The notes under the pieces are model-generated. The model was not told where the DNA came from, did no database searches, and saw only the letters and a program-made list of their open reading frames with translations. A stretch of 64,000 nucleotides of DNA from Lama glama (lineage: Eukaryota). Positions 61,157 to 64,000 of the stretch are shown here, one piece after another. How positions within the stretch are numbered: position 1 is the first letter of the stretch; every line of letters starts with the position of its first letter. The stretch covers positions 49,540,001 through 49,604,000 of the forward strand of contig CM052817.1 of the NCBI GenBank assembly GCA_028534125.1. The letters run 5' to 3'. Made by a program: the position numbers and the translations under genes.

Positions 61157-64000
61157 ACTACAATAAAAATAAAATAACATGAAAGTTAGAGGCTATTTTC
61201 ATTTCTCTTTTATAGGTGAAGAAATTGAGGCACAAGAGAGAATAAGTGCCTTAATCAAGGTCACAAAGTTAGTGGTAGAACAAAATTCAGAATCAAAGTA
61301 CTCAGCACCCAGGAACTGCATCTTAAACTATCTTAAACTGTTAGAGATTTGGTTAAGGAGGTAGTAACTGGGCTGGGCTTTTACAAGGTGTTCATCTTTA
61401 AGTTAGAGACAAGAATAGGGTGAACACCCCAGTGGGAAGGAGGGTGTGATGATAGAAGAGAAACTACAAAGTCATGATGTGATATATTATGGAAATAAAG
61501 TTGGGATGAATTTGATTCTTAGAGGATTTTGAATTTCATTGAGTAAATTCTTCATGAGGTGGAAAATAGGGAGCCATTAAAAGATTTTTTTTAATAGTCA
61601 CATGATGAAAGCCATATTTATAGACAATTAGTCTTTAATGAGCATGAAGGTGAACTGAAAGGTGAAAAGACTAAGAGTCATGGAGTTCAGTTGGAAAGCT
61701 GTTATAACAGTTTAAGTAAGCTAGGCTAGGAAGAGAAAGGCCAAAGAAACAGTATGAAAGAATAATTATCAAAATCATTAGCTGGATAGAGAGAATGGAA
61801 TTGAGTCAAGGATACATTTCAAATTTTTAGTGTAGATTATTGAGGCATTGTGTTGTGTCACTGAAAAAGACAAAGAAGTTTGGAGGCACAAAGATTTGTT
61901 GAGTTTGAGATGCCTGACTAGACAGTAAAACTCTCTGAGAGCAAGATAGTGTTAATTATTTTGTCTTGGCCTTAGCAACATGATAGGTACAGTGCCTAGC
62001 ACATAGTAGATTGTTAATAAGTATTTTTTAAATATATGATTGCATGTGGTCATGTAAGATAATGAAACAAAACTTAGTAGGCATCTATAAGACTACAATT
62101 TCAGCAAGGGAATAAAGTGGAGATACAGATTTAGGTGTTGACTGAATAGAGGAGAGTTCTATAAAGTCATGAGAATACACTAACTCTTGAAAGAGAGTTT
62201 TTTTTTGAAAAAAAAAAATTCAGAAGACCTAGTATAGGAACCTTCTACTTGAGGTCTTAAAGGACTTCCTTCAACTTAAAAATTAAGGGGAAAAAATGCT
62301 TATTTATTGTTTGTGTCACAAGTCTTTTTGGATTAAATTCTGCCTGTGGAGCTTATGGTATGTTGATTAGTTTGACACATTTTTTCTTTCAGTGTAAGCC
62401 ACTGAGGTACAGCTAATACATAAGAATGTAAAGTGGGCTAGTCTGTCTTACTCAGATCCTATATCATTTGATAAAGAACATCTCAGCCTGCTTTGTTTCA
62501 AATGAGAAACACCTAATGATTATTTCATTCTACTATTACATAGTTGGAAAACAGAAACCTCCAAAACCATGAGGAGACCACGTAAAGAATGCTCTGTAAG
62601 TTAGTTTTTGAAGTCTCACTGAACTGCTTAAAACTGATCAATTGTTTTAGCTACCAACAGAATATTTATCAGCAAGCACAGTATTGTGGTAATTTGTATC
62701 TGAATGATAATAGACTATATATACAACTTTGAAGCTGGTTATAATGAAGTAATTAAACTATTTGTATTGAAATACAATAATTTATCCTATTTCTAAAATA
62801 TATATTTTGCCTAAAAGTAAAAGTTTTTCAAACAAAACAATTAGGATCTGAGAAAAAAAAATTACTGACTTGAACATTGGTGTGAACAACTCTAAGATCT
62901 ACTCTTTGAGATTGAAAAAATAAACATATATTATGTTTTGATCTTCTCAGTTCCATAATTTAACGAGTACATGGAAATGATCCATGGAGATGAGTTGATC
63001 TTACAGTGAGTGTTCCCAGTTTTTGTCCTAAGTTGTCTGGATAAATAATGTCTACTAATTCTTATGCTGTATTAGAGAAAGGCTACTGAATTTGGTCTCC
63101 TTTTCCTTCAGCCAGTGATGCATTTATTCTAACCCACAGGACTTGTTATCTCCCTTGAGGTGGTCTCTTTCTTCCATGTTATCACTCTTTGGTAGTGCTT
63201 GCACTTGGCAAGGAGTGATCCTCCACTAAATCCCCTTTATGCTCTTTCTTCAATGGTAAAGTAATACATTGATTGCTTTAGTAAGTGCAAGGTAAAACTT
63301 AAGGTCAGCCCTCAAACCCTAGGCTATTAGTAAGTATGAGGTTAAATTATTTATTTGCAATGACTTTATTTATTAAGTTCATAAATTTAATTAATTTATT
63401 TTAAAATCTGAAATTACAGAGAAATGTACACAAATCTTTTATAGAATCTATTCTAAAAGTTATATTTTTCTATTTTTTTATTTTGGATACTGAAGAAACA
63501 TGATCAATTTGGGAGTATCTTAACTTTCTCCTTGATGTCTTGGTGTAATATCCTATTGTTAACTTTTTCCTATTGATGCGATGCCTCATACACTCGTTGT
63601 CTTTTGACTGATAATAAATCAATCAACAGCACAGTAATAGAAACAAGTGTGGTGCCTGCCCACATGAAGCAACGTGCGCTAAGGTGCTGAGAAAGCAATG
63701 AGATCAAATTCATGTGTAGTAATTCACTTCTATAGTGCATGTTACTAATGCCCGCCAGCCTTCCGAATTAGCGGATAGAGTTATTCAGCCTTAGAATGAA
63801 CATTCATTGAAAAATCTTCATATGCTACATTAATTAGAACCTAATACATAAATGTCTCTATTTAATACAATTAAAGCAAAGAACTAGAGAATTATGTTGC
63901 TAAAATGAGAACCATACAGACAGAAGAGTTTGGAAAACACCCTTTTTGAACTCTATTGAAAACAATTAGCAATACAGTGCTAATCCTAGGGAAAAAAATG

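Noticed and set aside
39400..64000. A third TMPRSS11 gene (e.g. TMPRSS11F first exons)
   Set aside because: I found no start micro-exon, TM exon or protease motifs. The region reads as repeat-rich intergenic DNA, though a short non-coding exon could have been missed.

Overview
Mammalian genomic DNA, AT-rich and repeat-rich, with one 500-N scaffold gap at 37175-37674. A Vic-1-type tRNA-derived SINE and the style of the L1 3' ends point to a camelid. The window lies in the HAT/DESC (TMPRSS11) type II transmembrane serine protease cluster. It holds the last eight coding exons of TMPRSS11B (1078-8478, +). These are followed by a complete, intact 10-exon tandem paralogue (17271-30296, +, 416 aa). 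From recalled sequences this matches mouse Tmprss11b and is probably the counterpart of the human pseudogene TMPRSS11BNL. Immediately downstream, convergent on the second gene, is a ferritin light chain (FTL) processed pseudogene. It has lost its iron-responsive element loop but keeps a CpG-rich character and has a TATA/KLF core upstream, making it a candidate antisense promoter. Further on are a candidate CTCF site, an internally deleted ZC3H3 retro-fragment, and about 27 kb of intergenic L1, L2, MIR, LTR and hAT fossils. All homology calls come from recalled reference sequences, not from database searches.
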